A model generated the notes under the pieces. The model had not been told where the DNA came from and searched no databases. It was given only the letters and a program-made list of their open reading frames with translations. Below are positions 1 to 10,532 of a stretch of 64,000 bases of DNA, one piece after another (position 1 is the first letter of the stretch; every line of letters begins with the position of its first letter). The stretch comes from Candidatus Dojkabacteria bacterium. GTDB taxonomy: Bacteria > Patescibacteriota > Dojkabacteria > B142 > OLB20. The translations under genes were made by a program, and so were the position numbers. Location: positions 159,559 to 223,558 of the forward strand of contig CP129475.1 in assembly GCA_030583785.1 (NCBI GenBank). The letters are read 5' to 3'.

Positions 1-1800
1 TGGAAAAGCGGTGATCCCGGATTATTCTTTATCGATAAAGCCGAATCTGCAAATACAACGCCAAAGTTAGGCAGGATGGATGCAACTAATCCTTGTGGAG
101 AGCAACCACTTATTCCATTCGAAACCTGCAATCTTGGTCATATCAATGTATCAAGTATGGTATCTGGTTTCCCATATGCTGCAGACGAAAGCATTCGTTC
201 TTGGGATTTTGAAAGAAAACTTGAACTAATCGATTGGGATAACCTTAAAAGAGTTACTCATCTAGCAGTCAGGTTCCTTGATGATATCATCGACATCAAT
301 AACTATCCGATCAAAGAGATAGAACAAATGACCAGAAAGACCAGAAATATCGGAGTAGGAATCATGGGATTTGCAGATTTACTTATTAAGCTAGGTATTA
401 CTTACGGAAGCGAAGAATCACTTCAGTTAGCAGAAGAAATTATGAGCTTTATTCAAGAAACAGCTCATGATGCCTCTATTAAGCTTGGAGAAGAGAAGGG
501 CAGTTTCCCTGCATTTCAAGATTCTGTCTGGTTTGATAGGGGGCAATCGTCAATGAGAAACACCAGGGTAACAACAATCGCTCCAACAGGCACAATATCG
601 ATTATTGCTAATGTTAATCCTGGTATAGAACCCGTTTTTGCACTAGGTTTCAGACGCAAAAATTCGATGGGCGGAACAGACCAAGAAGTCATCGACCATC
701 TATTTGAAACTGTTGCTAAGGCAAGAGGCTTCTATTCTGAAGATTTGATCAAAGATATTGCTGATGGCAAGCACCTAAAAGACATTTCTGCAAAATATGA
801 AATACCTCAAGATGTAGTAGATGTATTTGTTACAACACACGAGATTGAACCAGAAAAGCATGTCAGCATTCAGGCAGCTTTTCAAAAATATATCGATAGT
901 GCTGTTTCAAAAACAATTAATCTTCCGAACAGTGCGACCTGGCAAGACATTGCAAGAGTATATCAGCTTGCCTACGATCTTAACTGCAAAGGAATAACAG
1001 TCTTCCGTGATGGCTCAAAAGATCCGGCTCTTCAGGTCGGAACAGCAGACAAAAAAGATGAACCAGAAGTCAAAGCTACTTCAACAGTTGCAAGAAATTC
1101 TCTTGAACCTAGAAAAAGAGCAGAAGTTGTTCGTGGTCAAACTCATAAGGTGAAAACTGAACAGGGTGAACTATACATTACTATCAACGAAGACGACGAA
1201 GGAGTTTTCGAAGTTTTCTTGAATCTTGGTAAGAGCGGCAGCTTTACAGCAAGTTATACAGAAGCAGTCGGAAGACTTGTCTCAATGGCACTACGATCTG
1301 GAATCAAACCAGATGCCATAATCGACGAACTGCAAGGCATCAGAACATCGGCTCCTACTATGAACAAGGGTGGACTAATTGTATATTCTGTTCCAGATGC
1401 AGTTGCCAAAGTTATGAAGAAGCATCTTGAAGAACGCAAAAACCAGATGACTTTCTTGCCTGTAGAGAAGGAAGTTATTGCACCTACTACTCAGATTGAA
1501 GAGGTTATTGCAGAGGTGACATCTGCTATAGAAACTCCGATAACTGATGCAAGTGTAAAAAAACTTCTTAGTCAAGAAATAGTCGAAGAGATCCTTATCC
1601 AGAATAGTAAACCAGTTGCCAACAAAGTAGTAGATGTTAAGCCAACTACAGCAACTTTAGTTGCAGATGTAGACACAAGTAAGTATACAAAAAAGAATAC
1701 TATGGGAGACTTGCTGGATTGTCCCGATTGCGGTTCAGATCTGGAATATGCTGAAGGATGCATCTTATGCCGTAGTTGCGGATTTAGTAAATGCGGATAA
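1..1800 (+). CDS. nrdJ: ribonucleotide reductase, class II (adenosylcobalamin-dependent); 5' end lies upstream of the window
   Basis: Frame 1 is open from base 1 and reads ...GDPGLFFID... (RNR-type motif) before the first ATG at 76; 'NPCGEQPL...ETCNLG' class II RNR active-site region; C-terminal Cys-rich zinc ribbon 'CPDCGSDLEYAEGCILCRSCG' typical of NrdJ C-termini. Confidence 0.8.
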   Translation, partial: WKSGDPGLFFIDKAESANTTPKLGRMDATNPCGEQPLIPFETCNLGHINVSSMVSGFPYAADESIRSWDFERKLELIDWDNLKRVTHLAVRFLDDIIDINNYPIKEIEQMTRKTRNIGVGIMGFADLLIKLGITYGSEESLQLAEEIMSFIQETAHDASIKLGEEKGSFPAFQDSVWFDRGQSSMRNTRVTTIAPTGTISIIANVNPGIEPVFALGFRRKNSMGGTDQEVIDHLFETVAKARGFYSEDLIKDIADGKHLKDISAKYEIPQDVVDVFVTTHEIEPEKHVSIQAAFQKYIDSAVSKTINLPNSATWQDIARVYQLAYDLNCKGITVFRDGSKDPALQVGTADKKDEPEVKATSTVARNSLEPRKRAEVVRGQTHKVKTEQGELYITINEDDEGVFEVFLNLGKSGSFTASYTEAVGRLVSMALRSGIKPDAIIDELQGIRTSAPTMNKGGLIVYSVPDAVAKVMKKHLEERKNQMTFLPVEKEVIAPTTQIEEVIAEVTSAIETPITDASVKKLLSQEIVEEILIQNSKPVANKVVDVKPTTATLVADVDTSKYTKKNTMGDLLDCPDCGSDLEYAEGCILCRSCGFSKCG

Positions 1801-2015
1801 TAATACATATGTTAATATAGTAATATGAAAACTGCCCAATCAAAATTACCTAACTTAAATGTATACAGAAGCGAATCAGGGTCATATAGATGTAGAATCT
1901 TAAGTATGAACATTAACCAGTTCAATTATCAGATTACTTCATTCCAGTTTTTACAAGAGTACAAAACAGAAAACCCTGCAGAAGCGTTGCATCATTTTTC
2001 AGAACTAATTGATTA

Positions 2016-3146
2016 ATGAACTCAGTACAATATTTTTCTGCAATTAAACTTGGGTACATATACAAAAGAATGTTAAAACCTGTGTTATTCAAGTTCGACC
2101 CAGAATTTGTACACGACAGGTTTACAAATGTAGGAGTGCTTTTGGGGTCTAACCCAATTACCAGAGGGATTACTTCTTTCTATCTTAAATATTCGAACAA
2201 AATATTAGAACAAGAAGTGTTGGGAATCCAATTCAAAAACCCTGTTGGACTGTCTGCAGGATTCGATAAGAATGCTCAATTGCTGAAAATCATACCTTCT
2301 GTCGGTTTTGGCCATATGGAAGTTGGCTCTGTTACGGCCGAAAGTTATGAGGGTAACGAAAAACCCAGGCTCAGAAGACTACCAAAATCAAAAGCCCTTG
2401 TTGTTTACTACGGGTTAAAGAATATTGGAGTAGACAAAATCATAGAAAGGCTTAAGAAAATCCGTCATAACGACTTTAAATTTAGTGTAAGCATTGCTAA
2501 AACAAATTGTCTCAAGACTGCTCTAGAAGATGCAGGTATTGAAGATTATGCAATTAGCCTCGAAAAGCTTAGCAAAGCGAACTTAGGTGATTTTTATACT
2601 ATTAACATATCATGTCCCAATACTTTCGGCGGAGAACCATTCACTACACCAAAACTGCTTAATAAACTGCTTGTTAGACTCGATAGAGTTAAACATAACA
2701 AACCGGTCTTTATAAAAATGCCGATAAACTTAGAATGGAAAGATTTCAATGACCTGCTTGTCGTTGCATCTAAGCACAATGTTCAGGGTGTAATAATTGG
2801 TAACCTAACAAAAGCAAGAGATCCAAAACTAATACTAGACAAGCTACCAGAAGATCAAAAGGGTGGTATATCCGGTCTACCCACACAAAAGCTTTGTAAC
2901 GACCTAATCAAAAAAACATATGCCAATTACAAAGATAGGTTCATAATTGTTGGTGTGGGTGGAATATTCTCTGCAGAAGATGCTTACGAGAAAATTAAAC
3001 TTGGCGCATCTTTACTACAAATGATCACTGGAATGATATTTGAAGGTCCGCAGGTAATAGGTTCAATAAATAGAGGACTAGCAAAACTTATTGCTAAAGA
3101 TGGCTATAAGAATATCTCAGAAGCAATTGGCAGTTATCATAAATAA
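2016..3146 (+). CDS. pyrD: dihydroorotate dehydrogenase (quinone), class 2
   Basis: Motifs 'FKNPVGLSAGFDKNAQ', 'ISCPNT', 'VGVGGIFSAEDAYEKIKLGASLLQ' match class 2 DHODH; 376 aa. Confidence 0.8.
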   Translation: MNSVQYFSAIKLGYIYKRMLKPVLFKFDPEFVHDRFTNVGVLLGSNPITRGITSFYLKYSNKILEQEVLGIQFKNPVGLSAGFDKNAQLLKIIPSVGFGHMEVGSVTAESYEGNEKPRLRRLPKSKALVVYYGLKNIGVDKIIERLKKIRHNDFKFSVSIAKTNCLKTALEDAGIEDYAISLEKLSKANLGDFYTINISCPNTFGGEPFTTPKLLNKLLVRLDRVKHNKPVFIKMPINLEWKDFNDLLVVASKHNVQGVIIGNLTKARDPKLILDKLPEDQKGGISGLPTQKLCNDLIKKTYANYKDRFIIVGVGGIFSAEDAYEKIKLGASLLQMITGMIFEGPQVIGSINRGLAKLIAKDGYKNISEAIGSYHK

Positions 3147-3158
3147 AAGGTCACGGTC

Positions 3159-3644
3159 ATGACAACTAAAGCAGAAATCATTGATAAAAATGAAGCAATA
3201 GAATCACTTTCCGATAAAAGAATTGCAATTGTCAGTGGATCGTTTGACCTGTTGCACAACGGACATTTCTACCTGTTTGAACAAGCTAAGAAGCTAATAC
3301 CAGAAAATACTAAGCTGGTAGTGATTGTCATGGACGATATAAATATTCGTAACAGAAAAGGTTCAAATAGGCCTATTCTAAGCCTTGGAGAGCGCATTTA
3401 TGCACTTACTCATATTCGTAATATTGATTATATTCTGCCATGGACGACTCCCTGGGAAGAATTGCGAGAATTTGTATTAGAATTAAAACCAAATTACTAT
3501 ATTGTTTCAAACACAGACCAAGGAATAGACAATAAACGAGAACACATAACAAAAGTCGGTGGAGAACTAATTGTTATAACTAGAAATCCTGCCTATTCGA
3601 CCACTACTCTCTTAGAAAGAATCAAGAATTCAACAGATCAATAA
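3159..3644 (+). CDS. cytidylyltransferase-like nucleotidyltransferase (RfaE domain II / TagD-like)
   Basis: 'IAIVSGSFDLLHNGHFYLFEQAKKL' (G-x-F-D-x-x-H-x-G-H nucleotidyltransferase motif); 161 aa. Confidence 0.5.
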   Translation: MTTKAEIIDKNEAIESLSDKRIAIVSGSFDLLHNGHFYLFEQAKKLIPENTKLVVIVMDDINIRNRKGSNRPILSLGERIYALTHIRNIDYILPWTTPWEELREFVLELKPNYYIVSNTDQGIDNKREHITKVGGELIVITRNPAYSTTTLLERIKNSTDQ

Positions 3645-4423
3645 TGAAGCTGTATAAAGATGAGTGCTTTGTACTAAAATCATCAAAGCTAGGAGATGCA
3701 GATAAGTTGGTAGTTCTTTTTTCTAAAAACAATGGGAGAATAGATGCAATTGCAAAAGGAGCTGCCAAGATACTAAGCCGCATAGCCGGAAGTCTCGATA
3801 CTCTGAATAAAATTAATGCACAGTTTTACAAAGGGAAGAATCTGGATACTCTGACTGAAATTACCCTAATTGATGATTATGCCGAGATCAAAAATGACCT
3901 TCATACAATAGCAGATATATTTTATCTGCTTGAACTGATTTTGTCTTTTACAAAATACTTAGACGATTCAGAATCACTGTATAAGATGTTTTCAAAATTC
4001 TTGGATATCTTTAGAGAAAATTCAGATAAGGGTAGTATTCTGATTAGATCATTGGAACTTCAACTACTTGCACAACTTGGTTTTGGTCCGATTCTAGATA
4101 CCTGTTTACATTCAGGAAGAAGAATTGTCGAAGGGGACAAGAGGGTTGCAGCAAGCGGCGGTTATGTAGGCTACCTATTACTTAACGAAATTCATAGTCA
4201 AAACGACTACTCTACAACGACAATTCCCGACAATATACTCAAAATACAAAAGTTTTTACTTAGCAACGACTTAGAAGATGCACTGCAACTTAGAGTTACT
4301 AAAATTCAAGAAAATACGCTAAAATCAGTTCACAGAATATGGCTTCAAGGAATAATTGAGCAGAGACTGAAATCTATGACTTTTATCGATCAAATTAATG
4401 AATCAGACAATGCCAGAAAGTGA
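3644..4423 (+). CDS. recO: DNA repair protein RecO
   Basis: N-terminus 'MKLYKDECFVLKSSKLGDADKLVVLFSKNNGRIDAIAKGA' follows the RecO OB-fold N-terminal pattern; 259 aa; start overlaps the preceding stop (ATGA). Confidence 0.65.
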   Translation: MKLYKDECFVLKSSKLGDADKLVVLFSKNNGRIDAIAKGAAKILSRIAGSLDTLNKINAQFYKGKNLDTLTEITLIDDYAEIKNDLHTIADIFYLLELILSFTKYLDDSESLYKMFSKFLDIFRENSDKGSILIRSLELQLLAQLGFGPILDTCLHSGRRIVEGDKRVAASGGYVGYLLLNEIHSQNDYSTTTIPDNILKIQKFLLSNDLEDALQLRVTKIQENTLKSVHRIWLQGIIEQRLKSMTFIDQINESDNARK

Positions 4424-5198
4424 AATTAATCTTGCCTTAACAGGTTGGCCTGGTGTTGGTACATCAACCCTCACTTTGCTTTTAGCCCATATACTACAAA
4501 AGCAGTATATTTATATTGGTTCTGTATTTCGAGCAATAAATAATCACCTTAAAGAAACAAGCAGTGTCGGATTAACACCAGAATTTGAAGCGACAATACA
4601 ACCTATGATTGGTAGAACGATGGATAATTATGTTGATCATGTTCTCCTAAACGAAAAGGGAATAATTCTAGAATCAGATTTAGCCGCGTTTCGAATCGGC
4701 AAGAATCCAAAAGTCTATTCGATATTTATTAAAGCTAACCTTGAAGCTAGAAAAGATCGAGAAAAAGCTGACGGAAGAGTGGGTGTCGAAACATCTATAG
4801 AAGATAGAGACGCATCCTTAAAAAGGGAATACATCAAGCTTTGGGATACCAACATTTTTGACGAAGAACTAATTGCAAAAAAATATAATTTGATTATTGA
4901 TAACTCGAATTTATCTGTAGCTGAAGAAGTGTATGCCATACTTGAAAGGTATTGTTCTCTGCCACAGAATAAAGGGATCCTTAACTATGACTCACTTGTT
5001 CTTAGAGCAAAGAATATCCTTAAAAAGTATCATAAAAAAACTAAGGCAAAGATAAAAGAAGACCTTGATAAAGCAGGTCTTAGCTACACTGAAACAGAAA
5101 TTATGACAGACATCGCCAAAACTTTTCCAGAAGATATTCAATCTTTTCCCAAAGAAGTTCAAAACCTGTTTTTAGGTTTAACCGATAGAATTGCTTGA
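4398..5198 (+). CDS. P-loop nucleotide kinase, cytidylate kinase-like (start probably at internal ATG 4410)
   Basis: Walker A-like 'LALTGWPGVGTSTL' followed by '...YIYIGSVFRA' resembling Cmk 'DGPxGxGKST...YLDTGAMYRA'; overlaps recO 3' end. Confidence 0.4.
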   Translation: MNQTMPESEINLALTGWPGVGTSTLTLLLAHILQKQYIYIGSVFRAINNHLKETSSVGLTPEFEATIQPMIGRTMDNYVDHVLLNEKGIILESDLAAFRIGKNPKVYSIFIKANLEARKDREKADGRVGVETSIEDRDASLKREYIKLWDTNIFDEELIAKKYNLIIDNSNLSVAEEVYAILERYCSLPQNKGILNYDSLVLRAKNILKKYHKKTKAKIKEDLDKAGLSYTETEIMTDIAKTFPEDIQSFPKEVQNLFLGLTDRIA

Positions 5199-5395
5199 AA
5201 ATAGCTATTATGCTAGTATTACAAACAAGAGAGTCTGATCTAGGCTGAAAATCAGACATATTTGGCAAGAGATAGAAAACTAGTCTAATAAAATAAGATG
5301 CTCCAAATCGGAGAATGTGGGTGGAACCGCTCAAGAAGAGTCCCGCAAGTACCTTTTAATAAGGGTGCTTACGGGATTTTTTATATCTATAAATT
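5199..5395 (+). promoter_or_regulatory. candidate T-box riboswitch leader with intrinsic terminator upstream of glyS
   Basis: T-box-like 'AATGTGGGTGGAACCGC' (5312-5330) versus consensus AAUUAGGGUGGNACCGCG; terminator hairpin 5341-5353/5364-5376 (one mismatch, one G-U) followed by TTTTTT 5377-5382; upstream hairpin GTCTGAT/ATCAGAC with GGC (Gly codon) in its loop. Confidence 0.35.
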
Positions 5396-6802
5396 ATGAC
5401 AAATACAAATGTGCTTGATAGCGTCAGTGCTATGGCAAAACGACGCGGCTACATATATCCATCATCAGAAATATATGGTGGACTTGCTAACACTTACGAT
5501 TTTGGTCCATATGGTACTGAACTAAAAGAAAATGTACGCAGACTTTGGTGGGACAGATTCGTTAGAAGCAGGCAAGATATGTTCGGAATAGATAGCAGTA
5601 TAATTATCAATCCATCTGTATGGGAAGCAAGCGGACATGTTGCTGCCTTTGGAGACATTATGGTTGAAGACAAGGTTACAAGAAAGAGATACAGGGCTGA
5701 TCATATTATCGAAGACTTTGCAGAAACTGCAGATATTTCTGAAGATGAAAAGCACGAACTAAGAAAAGTCGATGGTAAGCCTGCTAATGAACTACAAGCA
5801 ATTATCGAAAAGTATTCGATAAAATCACCAGATGGTAACGATTTTACACAGGCAAGAAAATTCAATCAGCTGTTTGAAACAAGCATCGGAATTATTGAAG
5901 GTGACAAGAATAAGGCTTATTTACGAGGAGAGATTGCACAGGGGCTATTCATTAACTATCCAAATATTCTGGACTCAATGCACCCCAAACTGCCATTTGG
6001 AATAGCTCAAGCCGGAAAAGCATTCAGAAACGAGATCACAAAAGGTCAGTTTACTTTCAGAACACTTGAATTTGATTTAATGGAATTCGAATATTTTTTT
6101 GATCCAGATAATCAAAATTGGAATGACCTATTTGAGTATTGGAAATCAGAAATTGAAGATTTTGCCCTAAGCTGCGGTATCAAAAAAGACAACATTCGCT
6201 GGAGACCACATGAAGAATTCGAATTATCACACTACAGTAAAAGAACTGAAGATCTTGAATATAACTTCCCGTGGGGATTCAAAGAGATGTTTGCCTGTGC
6301 ATACCGAACAGATTTTGATCTTGCCAATCACTCGAAGAACAGTGGCAAAGATCTTAGCTACAGAAGAGAAGATGGAAGCAAAGTTATTCCTCATGTAATA
6401 GAACCAACATTTGGACTGTCAAGATTCATCACGATACTGCTTATGGATGCCTACAGAGAAGAAGAGATTAACGGTAAGAAGCGAACAGTTCTTGGACTAT
6501 CACCAAAAATTGCTCCTGTCAAAGCTGCAATCTTTCCATTGCAAAAAGATGAGAAATTGCTCGAGCTGGCTAGAAATCTACATAAAAGCTTGTTGATAGA
6601 CTTTAATTGTGAGCTGGAAAATAAAGGAAATATAGGTAAAATGTATAGAAGACATGACGAAATTGGGACCCCGTTTTGCATAACAGTCGATTACGATAGT
6701 CTTCAAGATTTATCTGTCACGATTAGAGACAGAGATACTATGCAACAGACTAGAATAAAGTTAGATGAAGTTAGGCAGTACATCAATAACAGGATTCAAT
6801 AA
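5396..6802 (+). CDS. glyS: glycine--tRNA ligase, alpha2 (archaeal/eukaryotic-like) type
   Basis: 'MAKRRGYIYPSSEIYGGLANTYDFGPYGTELKENVRRLWW' canonical GlyRS N-terminus; class II motifs; 468 aa. Confidence 0.85.
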   Translation: MTNTNVLDSVSAMAKRRGYIYPSSEIYGGLANTYDFGPYGTELKENVRRLWWDRFVRSRQDMFGIDSSIIINPSVWEASGHVAAFGDIMVEDKVTRKRYRADHIIEDFAETADISEDEKHELRKVDGKPANELQAIIEKYSIKSPDGNDFTQARKFNQLFETSIGIIEGDKNKAYLRGEIAQGLFINYPNILDSMHPKLPFGIAQAGKAFRNEITKGQFTFRTLEFDLMEFEYFFDPDNQNWNDLFEYWKSEIEDFALSCGIKKDNIRWRPHEEFELSHYSKRTEDLEYNFPWGFKEMFACAYRTDFDLANHSKNSGKDLSYRREDGSKVIPHVIEPTFGLSRFITILLMDAYREEEINGKKRTVLGLSPKIAPVKAAIFPLQKDEKLLELARNLHKSLLIDFNCELENKGNIGKMYRRHDEIGTPFCITVDYDSLQDLSVTIRDRDTMQQTRIKLDEVRQYINNRIQ

Positions 6803-8010
6803 TGAAAAGGATTAAAGTACTTCATGCTTCAATTAAAGCCGGTGGTGGTCATAATGCTCTTCGGGATTTTATATATAAGGAGCTTGAGAAGCAACCGGAC
6901 AAATTCAGAAATATTAAATTCGATCATACAGTTGATTCAATAGAAGCTTTTGATACAGCATTATCTAAAGTCGCACCAGCTCTTTATGAATTATTCTTTT
7001 TCTTTGCTCCTAGAACTGTAAGTGATGTTTTCTTTGTAGCAACATTTAATCTGTTTAAGCAGTGTTACAAAGCAATTAAGGATAATAATCCCGACATTAT
7101 TTTGAGCTCACATTTTCTTTTGACGCAGCATTTCAGTTTAGCCAAAAGATTGCTCCGATCTAAAACTATCGTAGTAGATTGTATGCCTGATTATGGTCCT
7201 CCATCTGCACTACAAAACCCAACACTTCCTTGGTTTAGGGCAGAGTACATTTTAACCTTTGAAGAATGGACAAAAAATTCAGTTATTAAAGATTTAAAAG
7301 TTCCGAAAGAAAAAGTCCTTTTAGCTGGGAGGAATCCAAGCAAGGTCTACGAAGACACCAGAATTAAATATCATAATAAACAGGCGGCAAGAGAACAGAT
7401 CAAAGTGATAATGGACTATTTCCCGTTTAGTAAAATTGATAGCTCGAAAACGACCGTTCTTGTAACAGCTGGTGCTACTCAATCTGGGAAAACCGAAAAG
7501 CTTCTTAGAGCCATTGCTGCCGAGCAGAAAACAGATATTAATCTAGTCGATAAATACCAGTTCTTTGTAATCACTGGTAGGAATATGAAATATTTCGAGA
7601 AACTTGTTGGTTTAAGTAAAAAATATCGATATTGGAGCAACATATTTCCATTTCCTTGGGTAGATTCAGATGTCTATGCACTAATTCAGTATGCCTCTGA
7701 CTTTCCGATTCTTGGAAGTATTGCACCTGCAACACTTAACGAGCTTATTGAGTCTGAATGTGGGCCTTTTATCATTTATAGAACTAGAGCAGGGCAGGAG
7801 ATCCCACATAGAGTTTTTGTCGAAGAAAAAGGACTTGGAAAGTTTATTCCCGATTTGAAAGTACTTGTAAAAAAGCTTAGCAACGGTATTAGTGACGATG
7901 AAAGAGAAAGATTCTTAAATAAAGGAAAAGCTTTCAGAAATGAACAAGCAAGGTTGGCATCTGGACTATCAGAACTGGTCTACAATTTGTATCCACAAGA
8001 GGGAGATTAA
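6802..8010 (+). CDS. glycosyltransferase family 28 (UgtP / MGDG synthase-like diacylglycerol glycosyltransferase)
   Basis: N-terminal 'RIKVLHASIKAGGGHNALRDFIYKELEK' resembles the UgtP/MurG-family G-loop; 402 aa. Confidence 0.55.
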   Translation: MKRIKVLHASIKAGGGHNALRDFIYKELEKQPDKFRNIKFDHTVDSIEAFDTALSKVAPALYELFFFFAPRTVSDVFFVATFNLFKQCYKAIKDNNPDIILSSHFLLTQHFSLAKRLLRSKTIVVDCMPDYGPPSALQNPTLPWFRAEYILTFEEWTKNSVIKDLKVPKEKVLLAGRNPSKVYEDTRIKYHNKQAAREQIKVIMDYFPFSKIDSSKTTVLVTAGATQSGKTEKLLRAIAAEQKTDINLVDKYQFFVITGRNMKYFEKLVGLSKKYRYWSNIFPFPWVDSDVYALIQYASDFPILGSIAPATLNELIESECGPFIIYRTRAGQEIPHRVFVEEKGLGKFIPDLKVLVKKLSNGISDDERERFLNKGKAFRNEQARLASGLSELVYNLYPQEGD

Positions 8011-8026
8011 ACAAGAAGGCGGCCAA

Positions 8027-8050
8027 ATTTATTTGGCCGCCGATAATCTA
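8027..8050. terminator. bidirectional hairpin between convergent GT28 gene and dnaK
   Basis: Perfect palindrome GGCGGCCAAAT-TT-ATTTGGCCGCC in the 56-bp convergent intergenic gap. Confidence 0.4.
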
Positions 8051-8066
8051 TAACCCTACTTACCGA

Positions 8067-9980
8067 TTACTTCTTTTTCTCGTCGTCAGGTTCGATAACT
8101 TCACCTTCTTCAACTTTTTCGGTGCTTTCAGTATTGGCATCTTCTGCATCAACTTCTTTAGCTGCCTGTTCATACATTGCTGCACCTTTTTGTTGAAGTT
8201 TTGTTGTAGCTTCTTTTGTTGCTTCCTTGAGCTTGTCTGCATCAAAATCGTCTTTGGCTGCCATTTCTTTTAAGCTTTCTGCTTCTTTTTTAAGCTCAGT
8301 TTTATCGGTATCGTTTAGTTTGTCTTTAAATTCATCAACAAACTTTTCGATCTGAAATGCTACACTTTCTGCTTCTATCTTCACTTCAACTCTTTCCTTT
8401 TGCTTTTTATCATCCGCTGCTTTTTCTGCAGCTTCCTTGACCAGCATATCTACTTCAGAATCATCAAGTTGAGTGGAAGCCGTAATTGTAATTGATTGCT
8501 CCTTACCACTAGCTTTATCTTTTGCTGAGACATTTAAGATACCGTTAGCATCAATTTTAAAGGTAACTTCTACTTGAGGAATACCCCTAGGAGCCGGTGG
8601 AATACCTTCTAACATAAATCTGCCAAGTGTCTTGTTATCTTTAGCCATCTCTCTTTCTCCCTGAAGCACATGTATTTCTACACTTGTTTGATTATCTGAT
8701 GCAGTAGAAAATACCTGTGTTTTTTCGGTTGGAATAGTTGTATTTCTCTCAATGAGAGGCGTACGAATACCACCAAGTGTTTCTAAACCAAGAGTTAGAG
8801 GGGTGACATCTAGCAAGGTAATGTCGCTGACACTAGAGTCGCCTGCGAGTACAGCACCTTGAATTGCTGCACCCACAGCTACAACTTCGTCTGGATTAAC
8901 GCCCTGATGAGGATCTTTGCCGAAGAACTCTTTAACTTTTTTTAAAACTAAAGGCATTCTAGTCATACCACCAACAAGGACGACATCTCCAATTTCTGAT
9001 TTATCTACACCAGCATCTTTGAGTGCTTTTTTCACAGGTTCAAATGTTTTATCTACCAAACTACCTACCAATCTTTCGAGATCTGCTCTAGTAAAGTCTT
9101 TGCGCATGTGCTTTGGACCCTTAGCATCTGCCGTAATATAGGGTAGGTTGATTTCTGTTTTTTCGGTAGTTGAAAGAGTAATTTTTGCTTTTTCTGCTGC
9201 TTCTTTGAGTCTTTGTAAAGCAGCCGGATCTTCTCGCAGATCTATACCTTGCTCGTTCTTAAACTCTGAAACAAGCCAATCGATAATTGTTTCATCAAAA
9301 TCATCTCCACCTAAATGTGTGTCGCCATTTGTGGATTTAACTTCAAAAACACCATCTCCGATTTCGAGGATTGAAATGTCAAATGTTCCTCCGCCAAGAT
9401 CGTAAACAGCAATTGTTTTATCGCTTTTTTTGTCTAATCCATATGCTAGAGCTGCTGCTGTTGGTTCGTTAATTATTCGTTTTACATCAAGACCAGCAAT
9501 TTTACCTGCATTTTTTGTAGCCTGTCTTTGCGAGTCGTCGAAGTATGCAGGCACTGTAATCACTGCTTCTGTAACTGTTTCACCAAGAAATGCTTCTGCA
9601 TCGGTCTTTAATTTTGCAAGTACTTTTGCAGAGATAGCTTCTGGAGCAAGCCATTTTTCACCAAACTTGATTTCTACTCCGCCTTTTTTACTTTCTCTAA
9701 TAACAAATGGAGTTCGTTTGTCGTCGCCAGCAGCTTTAACATCTTCCCATCTGCGGCCGATAAGTCGCTTAATAGAGTAAAAGGTTTGCTCTGGATTTGT
9801 AACCATTTGGTTCTTGGCGGTTATTCCGACAAGTTCTTCTTTATTATCGCTTGTTAAGGCGATTATTGAAGGCGTTGTTCTGGTACCTTCTTTGTTGGTA
9901 ATAACATCTGGATCACCACCTGTGGCAAATGCCATACATGAGTTTGTCGTACCCAGATCTATTCCTATTATCTTTCCCAT
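8067..9980 (-). CDS. dnaK: molecular chaperone DnaK (Hsp70)
   Basis: '[12 protein letters not shown]', 'DLGGGTFD', '[10 protein letters not shown]'; full-length 637 aa. Confidence 0.95.
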   Translation of the reverse strand: MGKIIGIDLGTTNSCMAFATGGDPDVITNKEGTRTTPSIIALTSDNKEELVGITAKNQMVTNPEQTFYSIKRLIGRRWEDVKAAGDDKRTPFVIRESKKGGVEIKFGEKWLAPEAISAKVLAKLKTDAEAFLGETVTEAVITVPAYFDDSQRQATKNAGKIAGLDVKRIINEPTAAALAYGLDKKSDKTIAVYDLGGGTFDISILEIGDGVFEVKSTNGDTHLGGDDFDETIIDWLVSEFKNEQGIDLREDPAALQRLKEAAEKAKITLSTTEKTEINLPYITADAKGPKHMRKDFTRADLERLVGSLVDKTFEPVKKALKDAGVDKSEIGDVVLVGGMTRMPLVLKKVKEFFGKDPHQGVNPDEVVAVGAAIQGAVLAGDSSVSDITLLDVTPLTLGLETLGGIRTPLIERNTTIPTEKTQVFSTASDNQTSVEIHVLQGEREMAKDNKTLGRFMLEGIPPAPRGIPQVEVTFKIDANGILNVSAKDKASGKEQSITITASTQLDDSEVDMLVKEAAEKAADDKKQKERVEVKIEAESVAFQIEKFVDEFKDKLNDTDKTELKKEAESLKEMAAKDDFDADKLKEATKEATTKLQQKGAAMYEQAAKEVDAEDANTESTEKVEEGEVIEPDDEKKK

Positions 9981-10005
9981 AATTGTTATATAAGATTTAA
10001 ATTAA

Positions 10006-10512
10006 TTATTTCTTAGCAATAATTACTTTGGCTGTTTTAATTACTTTATTTTCTTTATCTAAGTAAAGGCAGCTATCTGCATGAACAACAGTATCAGCAT
10101 GCTTATCTTTGTCTGCAGGAACTGTGGCGATTGCTTCCATTTTGTCAGCTTCAAACTTGTCTCCGACACTGATAACTGTTCGCATGACTCCGTAATCACT
10201 AAGTATTAACAATAGTTTTGCTAGAACCATCTCAACATCTGCGCTTTCAGCTTTTTTGGATTCTGAATTATGCTGTTTTGCCCTTTGAATGTCATCAACA
10301 ATATCAATTATTCTGCCGATTATATCTTTTGCAGCAAAATATTTGGCATCGCTTCTTTCTGCTTCAACTCGCTTTTTGTAATTTTGAAAATCTGCAAGCA
10401 ATCTAAGCTTAGCTTCATTTGCTTGAACTAGTTCTGCTTTTGCTTGCTCAAGTTCTGTAATTTCTTTGTCAGTTTTCATATCTGCGGATTTGTCTTTATC
10501 CGTTTTATTCAT
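10006..10512 (-). CDS. grpE: nucleotide exchange factor GrpE
   Basis: 'LRLLADFQNYKKRVE' GrpE signature; 168 aa; between hrcA and dnaK. Confidence 0.85.
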   Translation of the reverse strand: MNKTDKDKSADMKTDKEITELEQAKAELVQANEAKLRLLADFQNYKKRVEAERSDAKYFAAKDIIGRIIDIVDDIQRAKQHNSESKKAESADVEMVLAKLLLILSDYGVMRTVISVGDKFEADKMEAIATVPADKDKHADTVVHADSCLYLDKENKVIKTAKVIIAKK

Positions 10513-10532
10513 AGTATTTGTCTAATAGCTAA

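Noticed and set aside
1825-2016. 63-aa ORF between nrdJ and pyrD
   Set aside because: No motif, no RBS, low-complexity translation. The region may simply be the nrdJ-pyrD spacer. A weak hairpin near 1975-2000 was too poor to call a terminator.
8917-9780. Plus-strand ORFs (74, 85 and 116 aa) inside dnaK
   Set aside because: They are antisense to a highly conserved gene, low-complexity Ser/Pro-rich translations typical of frame artefacts.
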